Assembly (NCBI RefSeq): GCF_047601565.1
Contig: NZ_JASGIY010000001.1
Span: 3,126,999 to 3,190,998 of the forward strand
Direction: 5' to 3'
Source: Rudaea sp.
GTDB lineage: Bacteria; Pseudomonadota; Gammaproteobacteria; Xanthomonadales; Rhodanobacteraceae
Length of the DNA: 64,000 nucleotides
The position numbers were made by a program, and so were the translations under genes. Within the stretch, counting starts at the first letter, position 1. Each line of letters starts with the position of its first letter. Shown one piece after another: positions 41,103-51,068 of this stretch. The notes below the pieces were generated by a model, which had not been told where the DNA came from, did not search any database, and worked only from the letters and a program-made list of their open reading frames with translations.

Positions 41103-41171
41103 TTCGTTGTACTCCAAGCCCGCGCACACGGTCGCCAAACCTGCGCGGGCTTTTTCGTTGGCGGGAAAGGG

Positions 41172-41438
41172 TCAGGCCGCGATGGGTTCGCGGCGCTCGA
41201 AGCGGCGAGCTTGTTCGTATTCGCGCGAGCGATAGACGACGGGCCTGCCCGAATCGCTTTGCTTTTCGAGGAGATCGATCCAAGCCTCGACGGCGCTGTA
41301 CCGCGCGAAGCGGCGGCGGCCGACCAGGAACGTTTTGAGATGCCCTTCTTCGATTGCCCGGTAAATGACCGGAATGGACTCGCCGGAGATGTCGGCGATT
41401 TGCTGAAGGCTCACCTTCAGCGCAGTGTGGGATTTCAT
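41172..41438 (-). CDS. AlpA/excisionase-like DNA-binding protein
   Basis: VSLQQIADISGESIPVIYRAIEEGHL...VGRRRF...VEAWI. Confidence 0.72.
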   Translation of the reverse strand: MKSHTALKVSLQQIADISGESIPVIYRAIEEGHLKTFLVGRRRFARYSAVEAWIDLLEKQSDSGRPVVYRSREYEQARRFERREPIAA

Positions 41439-41529
41439 GGGAGCCCCGCGTTATGCCGCGGAATGCGGCGCGGGACGGATACTAGACAAGCGCGCTATTG
41501 GCTGTCTGTATAGATAAATCTGGATTAAG

Positions 41530-42060
41530 TTACACAGCAACGAACAGCTTGTAGCAGCGGATTGCTTCCTCGACACTGACGTGTCTGGCGGTCGCTACTG
41601 TACGGGCCGCATTCCGTTGCGATTTACCTTCTGCAACGAGCCCGGCCATATGCTGTCCAATAAGCCATTGCTTTGTGAGTCCGGCAAAGTCTTGTCCCGC
41701 AGCCGGCGCCCCCTTTCTCACCCGATTCCAGCCAAACGCTACATTGGGTTCCTGCCCCTCCGCAATCAAGGACAGGACATGCTCCAAATACAAATGGATA
41801 TCAGGGAACGCCTGCGCGCTTTCCACGACAGACACCCCCATATCGGCCAGCGCTTTAATGCAATTGCGGTCGCCTCCCAGCGCAGCTTGTGCAATTCCAT
41901 CGTTAGCACCGCGCTTCTTCATCTCGTGCTCAAACCGCTCACGTAGCGATGGCCCATCCTTTCTTTTTATACTTTTACACATTGCAATTATCCGGTAAAA
42001 TTTTGCGAACCGTTCTTTGACCAACTTTGTATTTTCTCCGAATGCTGCGAATGGACTCAC
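41530..42060 (-). CDS. Hypothetical protein, AT-richer than its surroundings, possible C-terminal HTH
   Basis: 176 aa; ends EGKSQRNAARTVATARHVSVEEAIRCYK; start uncertain. Confidence 0.55.
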   Translation of the reverse strand: MSPFAAFGENTKLVKERFAKFYRIIAMCKSIKRKDGPSLRERFEHEMKKRGANDGIAQAALGGDRNCIKALADMGVSVVESAQAFPDIHLYLEHVLSLIAEGQEPNVAFGWNRVRKGAPAAGQDFAGLTKQWLIGQHMAGLVAEGKSQRNAARTVATARHVSVEEAIRCYKLFVAV

Positions 42061-42283
42061 CTGCCGCGAGGGCTGCGCGTATCTCTGCTACGGGCAGATC
42101 GCGCACGCGTGCGAAGATGTAGATGTCGGTCGACGAGTATTCTTCGGTCAGGTAGGCAATCACGGCGTCTACAACTTGGCGGATGCCGTTCCTGTCGGTA
42201 TTGAGTCGAGCTGCAGCACCGCGCGTCAATTCTTCTGCAAGCTCTTCTTTGTGGAAACGCTTGCGCGGCGTGTTGCGGCTCAC
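41975..42283 (-). CDS. Mor/C-like transcription activator
   Basis: GTG start overlapping the int TGA; EEYSSTDIYI...GESIRSIRRKYKVGQRTVRKIL. Confidence 0.55.
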   Translation of the reverse strand: MSRNTPRKRFHKEELAEELTRGAAARLNTDRNGIRQVVDAVIAYLTEEYSSTDIYIFARVRDLPVAEIRAALAAGESIRSIRRKYKVGQRTVRKILPDNCNV

Positions 42284-43497
42284 GGCTTCCCCTTTGCTTT
42301 CGTCAGCGTGGCAACTGCCGCGGCCTTGTGCTCCGGCGCCAAGTGCGCGTAGCGCTGCGTCATCTCGAAATCGGAATGCCCCAACAGTTCCTTGACGGTA
42401 TACAAATCCACTCCGGCCATGACGAGCTTGCTCGCGAAGTGATGCCGAAGATCGTGGAACCGGAAATTGTCGAGCTTCGCCAGTTCGACCAGTGTCGCCC
42501 AACTGCGATTGACATTGGTCATGCGCTCGCCGGTCGGGCCGGGAAAGACCAGGCCGGTTCCTTGGCCCGATTTGCGCCAACGCCTCAGCACGTCGAGCGC
42601 ATCCGCATTCAACGGCACGTAGCGCGTCTTGCCGGACTTCGCGGTATCGAACCGGACCGTGAGCAGGTTGCGCGCCAGGTCGACCGCTTCCCACGTCAGG
42701 GAGAACAGTTCGCCGCGGCGCAGGCCGGTGTTCATCGCGAGCAGCACCAGCGGCTGCAGGTGGTCGCAGAATTCATCCTTGTCCCACATGCGCCGGCCAT
42801 CGCCGCCGCGCTCTCTGCACCATGCGTTGCCGCTCAAACGGTGCGTGCGCATCGCCGTCTCGCGATTCTTCAGCGCGGACAGCAAGGCCTTTTCCTCGTC
42901 CGGTGACAAAAACCGCACGCGACCGTTGTCTTCACCCTTGGCGCGCTTCACGCCGACCAATGGATGCGTTGCCAGCATGCCCCATTCGACCGCCTTTGCG
43001 ATCGACGCCTTGATGCGGATCAGGTCTCGGTTCACCGTCGCGGGCTTGATGCCGGCTTTGAGCCGCTCGACCTTGGTTTTCTCCACTGCCCAAGCTGTCA
43101 CGTCACCCAAGGGTCGCGCATAGAAGTGCCCCCACACGGATTTGATCGCCGCCACGGTTGCGGCGCCGGCCTTGCGCTCGACCTTGGCCCAAGGCGCGTA
43201 GTGCTTGTCCATGAACTCGCCGAACGTCGCCGCCCTGGCCTTCGGCTTCGTGCGCTCCCCCGTCTTTGCGTAATGCCCGAGCTTTACCTTGGCTTGCGTC
43301 CGTGCACTTTCGACAGTAGTAACCGGGTATGGGCCGATGCGCTCGCGTACACCTCGCCGCAGATCGATGTAGAACGTCTTCACGCCGCTGGGCTGCACGC
43401 GCAGCAGCAAGCCGATTATCTCGGTGTCGCGGATTTCGTATGGCGACGCGAACGGCACGGCGCCCCCGACCATCTTCGCAGTGAGTTTCGCCTTCAT
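42280..43497 (-). CDS. int: Tyrosine integrase
   Basis: Arm domain GLLLRVQPSG; TGLRRGEL, AKSGK, FHDLRH, LLGH and TQRYAH. Confidence 0.94.
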   Translation of the reverse strand: MKAKLTAKMVGGAVPFASPYEIRDTEIIGLLLRVQPSGVKTFYIDLRRGVRERIGPYPVTTVESARTQAKVKLGHYAKTGERTKPKARAATFGEFMDKHYAPWAKVERKAGAATVAAIKSVWGHFYARPLGDVTAWAVEKTKVERLKAGIKPATVNRDLIRIKASIAKAVEWGMLATHPLVGVKRAKGEDNGRVRFLSPDEEKALLSALKNRETAMRTHRLSGNAWCRERGGDGRRMWDKDEFCDHLQPLVLLAMNTGLRRGELFSLTWEAVDLARNLLTVRFDTAKSGKTRYVPLNADALDVLRRWRKSGQGTGLVFPGPTGERMTNVNRSWATLVELAKLDNFRFHDLRHHFASKLVMAGVDLYTVKELLGHSDFEMTQRYAHLAPEHKAAAVATLTKAKGKP

Positions 43498-43690
43498 CGC
43501 GTAAATGCTCCCGTCAGTACGGTAAGTGCGGATGCCCATGCACGCCGTAAGTGCGTGGTAAGTGCATCAGGAGCTATTTTGCGATGTAACGCGGCATAAC
43601 GCAAGTTTGGGAAAATTCTTATAACTATTTGATTTTATTAGTATATATTTGATTCTGTTAGAAATTTTCCAGACGGGAAAATTAAGTTCT

Positions 43691-43731
43691 GGAGGTAGAA
43701 GTCGGATGTTCGAATCCTCTCACCCCGACCA
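43691..43731 (+). other. attR: duplicated 3' end of tRNA-Pro
   Basis: 41 bp with one mismatch to 34890-34930. Confidence 0.9.
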
Positions 43732-43747
43732 GCAACGGGAACGCGGA

Positions 43748-44911
43748 TCAACGTTCCGCGACGGAATGCCGGGCGTACGGAGAGTGCGCCATCAATTCCC
43801 TGCGGTATTCCTCCAGCGCTTCGGCCTCGCGCGCGAGCGCGGCGCGCACGGCTGCGCGGAAGCGCGGTTCGGCGATGTAGTGGTACGAGGCCGTCCTGGT
43901 CGGCAGAAAGCCGCGCGCGATCTTGTGTTCGCCCTGCGCGCCGGGTTCGAACGCGGTCAATCCTTCGCGCAGGCAATATTCGATGCCCTGGTAGTAGCAG
44001 GCTTCGAAATGCAGGCCCGGCACGTTGGCGGTGCTGCCCCAGTAGCGGCCGTAGAGCGTATCGGCGGAGCGCAGCATGAAGGCCATCGCGATAATCTCCC
44101 CCGCGCGCCGGCAGAGCACGGCGACGACCTGTTTCGGCATGGTCGCGCCGAGATGGCGGAAAAAAGCTTCCGTCAGCGCGGCGTGATTGCCGCGTTCGTC
44201 GAAGGTATGCAGATAGAGCCGGTGGATCGCGCGCCACTCGCGCTCGTCGAGTTCGTCGCCGTGGCGCAACTCGCAGACGATGCCGGCGCGCGCGACCTGC
44301 GCGCGTTCGGCGCGGATGTTCTTGCGCTTCTTGTGGTTTAGCGCCGCGAGGAAGTCGTCGAAGGTGCTCCAGCCGCCATCGTCCGCGCAGCGATTCGTCC
44401 AATGGAACTGCCAGTCGAAACGCGCGAGCCAACCCGCTCGTTCCAACGCCTGCGCATCGCTCTCGACGACGAAATTGACGTGCGCCGAGGATAGGCCGTG
44501 GCGCTCGACTTCGCCGGCGATCGCTTCGATCAGCGCTGCGCGCAGCGTTGCGCCGTCGTCGCCTGGACGCGCCAGCAGGCGCGCGCCGGTGGCGGGTGAG
44601 TAGGGCACCGCAGCCAGCAGCTTGGGGTAGTAATCCAGTCCGGCGCGTTCGTAAGCCGCGGCCCACGACCAGTCGAAGACGAATTCGCCGTGCGAGTTGC
44701 CTTTGAGGTACAGCGGTGCGGCGGCAACCAATTCTCCACTTTTATACAAAGCGAGATGGTGCGCGCGCCAGCCGTATTCGGCGCGCAGGCAGTCGGTTTC
44801 TTCGAGGCCGGAAAGGAATTCGTGACGAAGGAACGGATTGTCGCCGGGAAGCAGCGCGTTCCATGCGGCGGCGTCGATGTCGTCGAGACGGGAGTGGAAA
44901 CGAGCCTGCAT
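43748..44911 (-). CDS. FemAB-like/DUF482 GNAT-fold protein
   Basis: NSHGEFVFDWSWA, LYGRYWG and FEPGAQGEHK. Confidence 0.88.
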   Translation of the reverse strand: MQARFHSRLDDIDAAAWNALLPGDNPFLRHEFLSGLEETDCLRAEYGWRAHHLALYKSGELVAAAPLYLKGNSHGEFVFDWSWAAAYERAGLDYYPKLLAAVPYSPATGARLLARPGDDGATLRAALIEAIAGEVERHGLSSAHVNFVVESDAQALERAGWLARFDWQFHWTNRCADDGGWSTFDDFLAALNHKKRKNIRAERAQVARAGIVCELRHGDELDEREWRAIHRLYLHTFDERGNHAALTEAFFRHLGATMPKQVVAVLCRRAGEIIAMAFMLRSADTLYGRYWGSTANVPGLHFEACYYQGIEYCLREGLTAFEPGAQGEHKIARGFLPTRTASYHYIAEPRFRAAVRAALAREAEALEEYRRELMAHSPYARHSVAER

Positions 44912-44921
44912 TCTTTATGTC

Positions 44922-45014
44922 GTCATTCCCGCGCAGTGGGAATCCAGTTCCTGTTTTTCATCACGAGCAAAACGTCAAAAGAAAGAACCGGATTCCCGCC
45001 TGCACGGGAATGAC
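44922..45014. repeat. REP-like doublet
   Basis: GTCATTCCCGCGCAGTGGGAATCCAG ... GGATTCCCGCCTGCACGGGAATGAC. Confidence 0.85.
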
Positions 45015-45041
45015 GAGCCAAAGAAAACGCTGCCCTCGTTG

Positions 45042-46181
<1,140 letters not shown>

Positions 46182-46312
46182 TCAAGCCGGCATTCCCGAT
46201 TCGGCGAGGCTTTCCATGAAGCCGTATTCGCGATGCCAAATGGTCGGTGTACGCACGCAGAACAGACGAAAAAACAATTCGTTAATGGATTAACTTAAGG
46301 TAGACTCACGCG

Positions 46313-48646
46313 GTGCCGCGCGAATCCAGAAAACCATCGAACAAGACCGCCGGTGCGACGCCGGTCATGCCGCGCGTCGTGCGCGAAGTCGCGATCATCG
46401 CGCTGCTCACCGTGGTCGTGTACCTGATTGCGTGCTTGGCGAGCTACAGCCCGGCCGACCCGGCTTGGTCGCACGCGACTTCCGATCCCGCCAGGCTCCA
46501 CAACATCGGCGGCAAGATCGGCGCGTACCTGGCCGACGTCACGTTCTGGTTCTTCGGCTATCTCGCCTACGCATTCCCGCTGCTGCTGCTCGGCGTGGGC
46601 TGGGCGCTGTTCCGCGACCGCGAGGAGGAATCCGACTCGGCGCTCGAACCCGCGCTGCGACTGATCGGTGGCGTGGCGTTCTTCGTCGCGGGTTGCGGCC
46701 TCGCCTACCTGCAATACGGCCGCCGTGGGGACTTGCCGGCCAATGCCGGCGGCATTCTCGGCACGGCCATCGGCGATGCGCTGCAACGCGGGTTTTCGTT
46801 TCCGGGCGCGACGCTGTTCCTGCTGGCGCTGTTCCTGATCGCGGTCACGCTCGCGACCGGCCTGTCGTGGTTCAAGCTGATGGATGCGATCGGCCGCGGC
46901 ATCTTCCGCGCGCTGGACTGGCTCGGCGCCGGCGCGAAGAAGGTCGAGGACGTGCGCGTGGCGCGTGCGGCGCGCGTCGAGCGCGAGGAAGTGCGCAAGG
47001 TCGAGACGATCCGGCAGACGAAACGCGAGCCGGTCAAAATCGAAGCGCGCGACACCGCGCCGATCGAGCGCAGCAAGCGCGCCGAGGCCGAGGCGCAGAT
47101 TCCGCTGTTCGCCGGCGGCGCCAATCAGGAGTTGCCGCCAATGTCGCTGCTCGACCTGCCCAAGCAGCAGGTCAAGGGCTATTCCGACGAAACGCTCGAA
47201 GCGCTGTCGCGCCAGGTCGAGTTCAAGCTCAAGGATTTTCGCATCGACGCGCAAGTCGTCGGCGTCTATCCGGGGCCGGTGATCACGCGCTTCGAGCTGC
47301 AGCCCGCGCCGGGCATCAAGGGCAGCCAGATTTCCAATCTCGACAAGGACATCGCGCGCGGGCTTTCGGTGATCAGCGTGCGCGTGGTCGACGTGATTCC
47401 GGGCAAGTCGGTCATTGGCCTGGAGATTCCGAATCAGGCCAAGGAGATCGTCTACCTTTCGGAAATCTTGAGTTCCGAACGCTACGATTCGGTGAAATCG
47501 CCGCTCGCGCTCGCGCTCGGCAAGGACATCGGCGGCAAGCCCGTCGTCGCCGACCTCGCCAAGATGCCGCATCTGCTCGTCGCCGGCACCACGGGTTCGG
47601 GCAAGTCGGTCGCGGTCAACGCGATGGTGCTGAGCCTGCTCTACAAGGCGACGGCCAAGGAAGTGCGCCTGCTGATGGTCGATCCGAAGATGCTGGAACT
47701 GTCCGTGTACGAGGGCATTCCGCATCTGCTTACGCCGGTCATCACCGACATGAAGGACGCTGCCAACGGCCTGCGCTGGTGCGTGGCCGAGATGGAGCGG
47801 CGCTACAAGCTCATGGCCGCGGTCGGCGTGCGCAACCTCGCCGGCTTCAACAAGAAGGTGAAGGATGCCGCCGACGCCGGCCAACCCCTGCTCGATCCGC
47901 TGTTCGTGCCGAAACTCGATCTGATGCCGAACGCCGTTGCGAAGCCGCTCGAACCGCTGCCGTTCATCGTCATCATCATCGACGAATTCGCCGACATGAT
48001 GATGATCGTCGGCAAGAAGGTCGAGGAACTGATCGCGCGCCTCGCGCAGAAGGCGCGCGCGGCGGGCGTGCACCTGATCCTCGCCACGCAGCGCCCGTCG
48101 GTCGACGTCATCACCGGCCTGATCAAGGCCAACATCCCCACGCGCATCGCGTTCCAGGTATCGAGCAAGATCGACTCGCGCACGATCCTCGACCAGTCCG
48201 GCGCGGAAGCGCTGCTCGGCCACGGCGACATGCTCTACCTGCCGCCCGGCACCGCGCAGCCCGAGCGCGTGCACGGCGCCTTCGTCAGCGACGACGAAGT
48301 GCACCGCGTCGTCGAACATCTGCGTGCGCAGGGCCGGCCCGAGTACATCGACGGCGTGGTCAACGACGTGCAATCGCTCGGCGACGGCAAGGTCATCGGC
48401 GAATCGGGCCTGCCCGAGGAGGCCGAAGACGGCGAGGGCGGCGACAACGACGAGTTGTACGACAAGGCCGTCGCCATCGTCACCGAAAGCCGCCGCGCCT
48501 CGATCAGCGGCGTGCAGCGCCGCCTCAAGATCGGCTACAACCGCGCCGCGCGCCTGATCGAATTGATGGAAGCGCAAGGCATCGTCAGCGCGCCGCAGCA
48601 CAACGGCAACCGCGAGGTGCTCGCGCCGCCGCCGCCGGAGGTGTGA
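46313..48646 (+). CDS. ftsK: DNA translocase FtsK
   Basis: N-terminal TM domain, [19 protein letters not shown] and gamma domain ([12 protein letters not shown]). Confidence 0.96.
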   Translation: MPRESRKPSNKTAGATPVMPRVVREVAIIALLTVVVYLIACLASYSPADPAWSHATSDPARLHNIGGKIGAYLADVTFWFFGYLAYAFPLLLLGVGWALFRDREEESDSALEPALRLIGGVAFFVAGCGLAYLQYGRRGDLPANAGGILGTAIGDALQRGFSFPGATLFLLALFLIAVTLATGLSWFKLMDAIGRGIFRALDWLGAGAKKVEDVRVARAARVEREEVRKVETIRQTKREPVKIEARDTAPIERSKRAEAEAQIPLFAGGANQELPPMSLLDLPKQQVKGYSDETLEALSRQVEFKLKDFRIDAQVVGVYPGPVITRFELQPAPGIKGSQISNLDKDIARGLSVISVRVVDVIPGKSVIGLEIPNQAKEIVYLSEILSSERYDSVKSPLALALGKDIGGKPVVADLAKMPHLLVAGTTGSGKSVAVNAMVLSLLYKATAKEVRLLMVDPKMLELSVYEGIPHLLTPVITDMKDAANGLRWCVAEMERRYKLMAAVGVRNLAGFNKKVKDAADAGQPLLDPLFVPKLDLMPNAVAKPLEPLPFIVIIIDEFADMMMIVGKKVEELIARLAQKARAAGVHLILATQRPSVDVITGLIKANIPTRIAFQVSSKIDSRTILDQSGAEALLGHGDMLYLPPGTAQPERVHGAFVSDDEVHRVVEHLRAQGRPEYIDGVVNDVQSLGDGKVIGESGLPEEAEDGEGGDNDELYDKAVAIVTESRRASISGVQRRLKIGYNRAARLIELMEAQGIVSAPQHNGNREVLAPPPPEV

Positions 48647-48651
48647 CAATT

Positions 48652-50014
48652 ATGCGCGGTGATCCCGTAATGCATATTTTCGCGATAGGGGTTGCTCTCG
48701 CTTGCATCGTTGCTGTCGTGGCTTTCGGTCGCCCTATATGTCCGTATTGCAGGAGGCGGGGTGGGCGTTATCTACGCCAAACGCAATATGGGCAACCAGA
48801 TAGACGATACAAGACCAACCCGTTCATTTGCCCGCATTGTGATCGTGCTGAGTCGCGAAAGGTTACTGCACTCGATCGGGCTGAATTTTCCGCGGCGGTC
48901 GCCAGTAAGGTTGAGGCGATTAAACAAGCCAAGCGTGGGCCGGCCAAGATCGAGATACTCGATCCTGTGGCGATCAAGCACAGCAAGCGTGCCGAGGTCG
49001 AAGCGCAAATTCCGCTGTTGGCCGGTGGTGCGCAGTTGGAACTCCCACCGATATCTCTACTCGATTTGCCGAAAGAAGAAGGGAAGGTTCCCCTCTCTGA
49101 GATTTTGAGTTCCGAGCGTTACGACTCGATGAAGTCGCCGCTCACACTCGCGTTGGGCAAAGATGTCGACGGCTGCGCCATCGTCGCAGACTTGGCGAAG
49201 ATGCCGCACCTGCTTGTCACCGGCGCCGTGGGCTCGGGCAAGTCCGTCGCAGTCAACGCGATGGTGTTGAGCCTGCTCTACAAGGCGACGGCCAAGTGAA
49301 GTGCGCCTGCTGATGGTCGATCCGAAGATGCTGGAACTGTCCGTGTACGAGGGCATCCCGCATCTGCTCACGCCGGTCATCACCGACATGAAGGACGCCG
49401 CCAACGGTTTGAGATGGTGCGTGGCCGAGATGGAGCGGCGCTACAAGCTCATGTCCGCGGTTGGCGTGCGCAACCTCGCCGGCTTCAACAAGAAGGTCAA
49501 GGACGTGGCCGATGCGGGTCAGCCGCTTCTCGATCCGCTGTTCGCGCCCAAGTCAGACCTGATGCCGAACGCGCATCAGCAACTGCTCGAGCCGCTGCCG
49601 TTCATTGTCATCATCATCGACGAATTTGCCGACATGATGATGATGGTCGGCAAGAAGGTCGAAGAGCTCATCGCGCGTCTGGTGCAGAAAGCGCACGCTG
49701 CCGGTATCCATGTGGTTTTGACAACAGCGCGGCCATCCAAAGACGTTTTTCCCCTCCAAATTGAATCCTTCGTTCATTCGAGGCTGATTTTTCATCTTCC
49801 CGAGCGAAGTGGGTATGCCGCCGCAGTTTTAGGGCTCCATTCGGAATCGTTATTGGAGTTTGGGGACGCCTTTTTTGTGGAGCAACGAAATACCCAAGAG
49901 ATTCGCGTTCACGGCGTTTTCGTCGATGATGCAGAAGTGCGTCGGGTGGCCGACCATTTGCGTGCGCAGTGCAGGCATATCTCGGATACTGCATGGCAAA
50001 GCGAGTCGAAGTGA
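48652..50014 (+). pseudogene. Chimeric FtsK paralogue split into two ORFs (48652-49299 and 49301-50014)
   Basis: Novel TM + CPYC...CPHC N-terminus, then FtsK linker and RecA fold; 1-nt insertion at 49297 creates TGA; alpha and gamma domains absent. Confidence 0.8.
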
Positions 50015-50047
50015 CGGAAATCGATGTGCCATTGGCGGAGGCATGAA

Positions 50048-50251
50048 ATGAGCAAACGCAGGAAAGACGATCCATTTCGAACGTTCCGGGAATGGGAAGG
50101 GGACAAGGATCGTCACGCCTACGAGAAACTTTCCGTGTCGATGCACATCTATACCGATGAAGAAATCGCCGAGTGGGCACGGCTCGATGCGTTCGCGGAA
50201 GGCGAGCGAGAGGCGCTTGAAAAGAAACTCAAAGACAAGACTTGGGAATAA
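50048..50251 (+). CDS. Small charged hypothetical protein
   Basis: 67 aa; GGAGG upstream. Confidence 0.55.
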   Translation: MSKRRKDDPFRTFREWEGDKDRHAYEKLSVSMHIYTDEEIAEWARLDAFAEGEREALEKKLKDKTWE

Positions 50252-50263
50252 CGCTTGCCGCAA

Positions 50264-50917
50264 ATGATGGAAAAGTGGACTCTGATTTTCGCTCTGACTT
50301 TCTGCGGCAATCTGTTCGCCGCCGACACCGCGCGCGCGCGCCTCGATGCGTTTTCCAAAGGCATGACCTCCGTCTCGGCGAACTTCGAGCAGCAGGTCAG
50401 CGATGCGAACAGCGGCAAGACCAAGGCCAGTAGCGGTACGCTGTCGCTGAAGGCTCCGCGCCAGTTTCGCTGGGACACGACCGCGCCGTACAAGCAGCTC
50501 ATCGTTGCCGATGGCGAGAAGGTGTGGATCTACGATCCCGACCTCGAACAGGTCACCGTGCGTGCGCAGGGCACCGAGGAAGCGCACAGCCCGCTGACCG
50601 TATTGACCGACCTGTCCCAGCTCGATCGCGATTTCGCCACGAGCGAGCAGGGCGAGCACGACGGCCAGATCTGGCTGCGCCTCAAGTCGAAGGACAAGGA
50701 GCCGCAGTTCGAATATGCCGACCTCGGCTTCGATTCGTCGGGGCTGGCGAGCATGACGTTCCGCGACACGTTCGGCAATGGCACGCAGATCCATTTTTCG
50801 GCGTGGCAGCGCAATGCGAAGCTGGCGCCCGAGCAATTCAAGTTCGTGCCGCCGAAGGGCGTCGACGTCGTCGGCGATCCGACGCCGGCCGCGGAAGCGC
50901 ATCCGCTCAAGCCGTAG
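50264..50917 (+). CDS. lolA: Lipoprotein chaperone LolA
   Basis: ANFEQ, PRQFRW, VADGEKVWIYDPDLEQVT and FKFVPPKGVDV. Confidence 0.93.
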   Translation: MMEKWTLIFALTFCGNLFAADTARARLDAFSKGMTSVSANFEQQVSDANSGKTKASSGTLSLKAPRQFRWDTTAPYKQLIVADGEKVWIYDPDLEQVTVRAQGTEEAHSPLTVLTDLSQLDRDFATSEQGEHDGQIWLRLKSKDKEPQFEYADLGFDSSGLASMTFRDTFGNGTQIHFSAWQRNAKLAPEQFKFVPPKGVDVVGDPTPAAEAHPLKP

Positions 50918-50923
50918 CTTTTG

Positions 50924-51066
50924 CTTCCCTTCCCCCGCCGGGGGAAGGTGGCGCGAAGCGCCGGATGAGGGAAAAGCGCTGCACGAATGTGAAGGTATCG
51001 CGAATCGTCACGCCTCTCCCTCATCCGCCCTTCGGGCACCTTCTCCCGGTGGGAGAAGGGAGGAAG
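50924..51066. repeat. Second class of palindromic repeat doublet
   Basis: CCTTCCCCCGCCGGGGGAAGG...GGATGAGGG / CCCTCATCC...CCTTCTCCCGGTGGGAGAAGG. Confidence 0.8.
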
Positions 51067-51068
51067 CG

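Larger units (their letters stand above)
34931..43731 (-). mobile_element. PICI-like phage satellite (element 2) integrated in tRNA-Pro, ~8.8 kb
   Basis: Flanked by a 41-bp duplication (34890-34930 / 43691-43731); int, alpA, primase and capsid genes. Confidence 0.9.

Noticed and set aside
43691-43731. Second tRNA-Pro
   Set aside because: Only the 3' 41 bp are present
46295-48649. Long antisense ORFs (also 17329-19560, 26216-27967, 51897-53087, 53892-56438, 61085-63115)
   Set aside because: Shadows of real genes on the opposite strand, expected in high-GC DNA; no motifs
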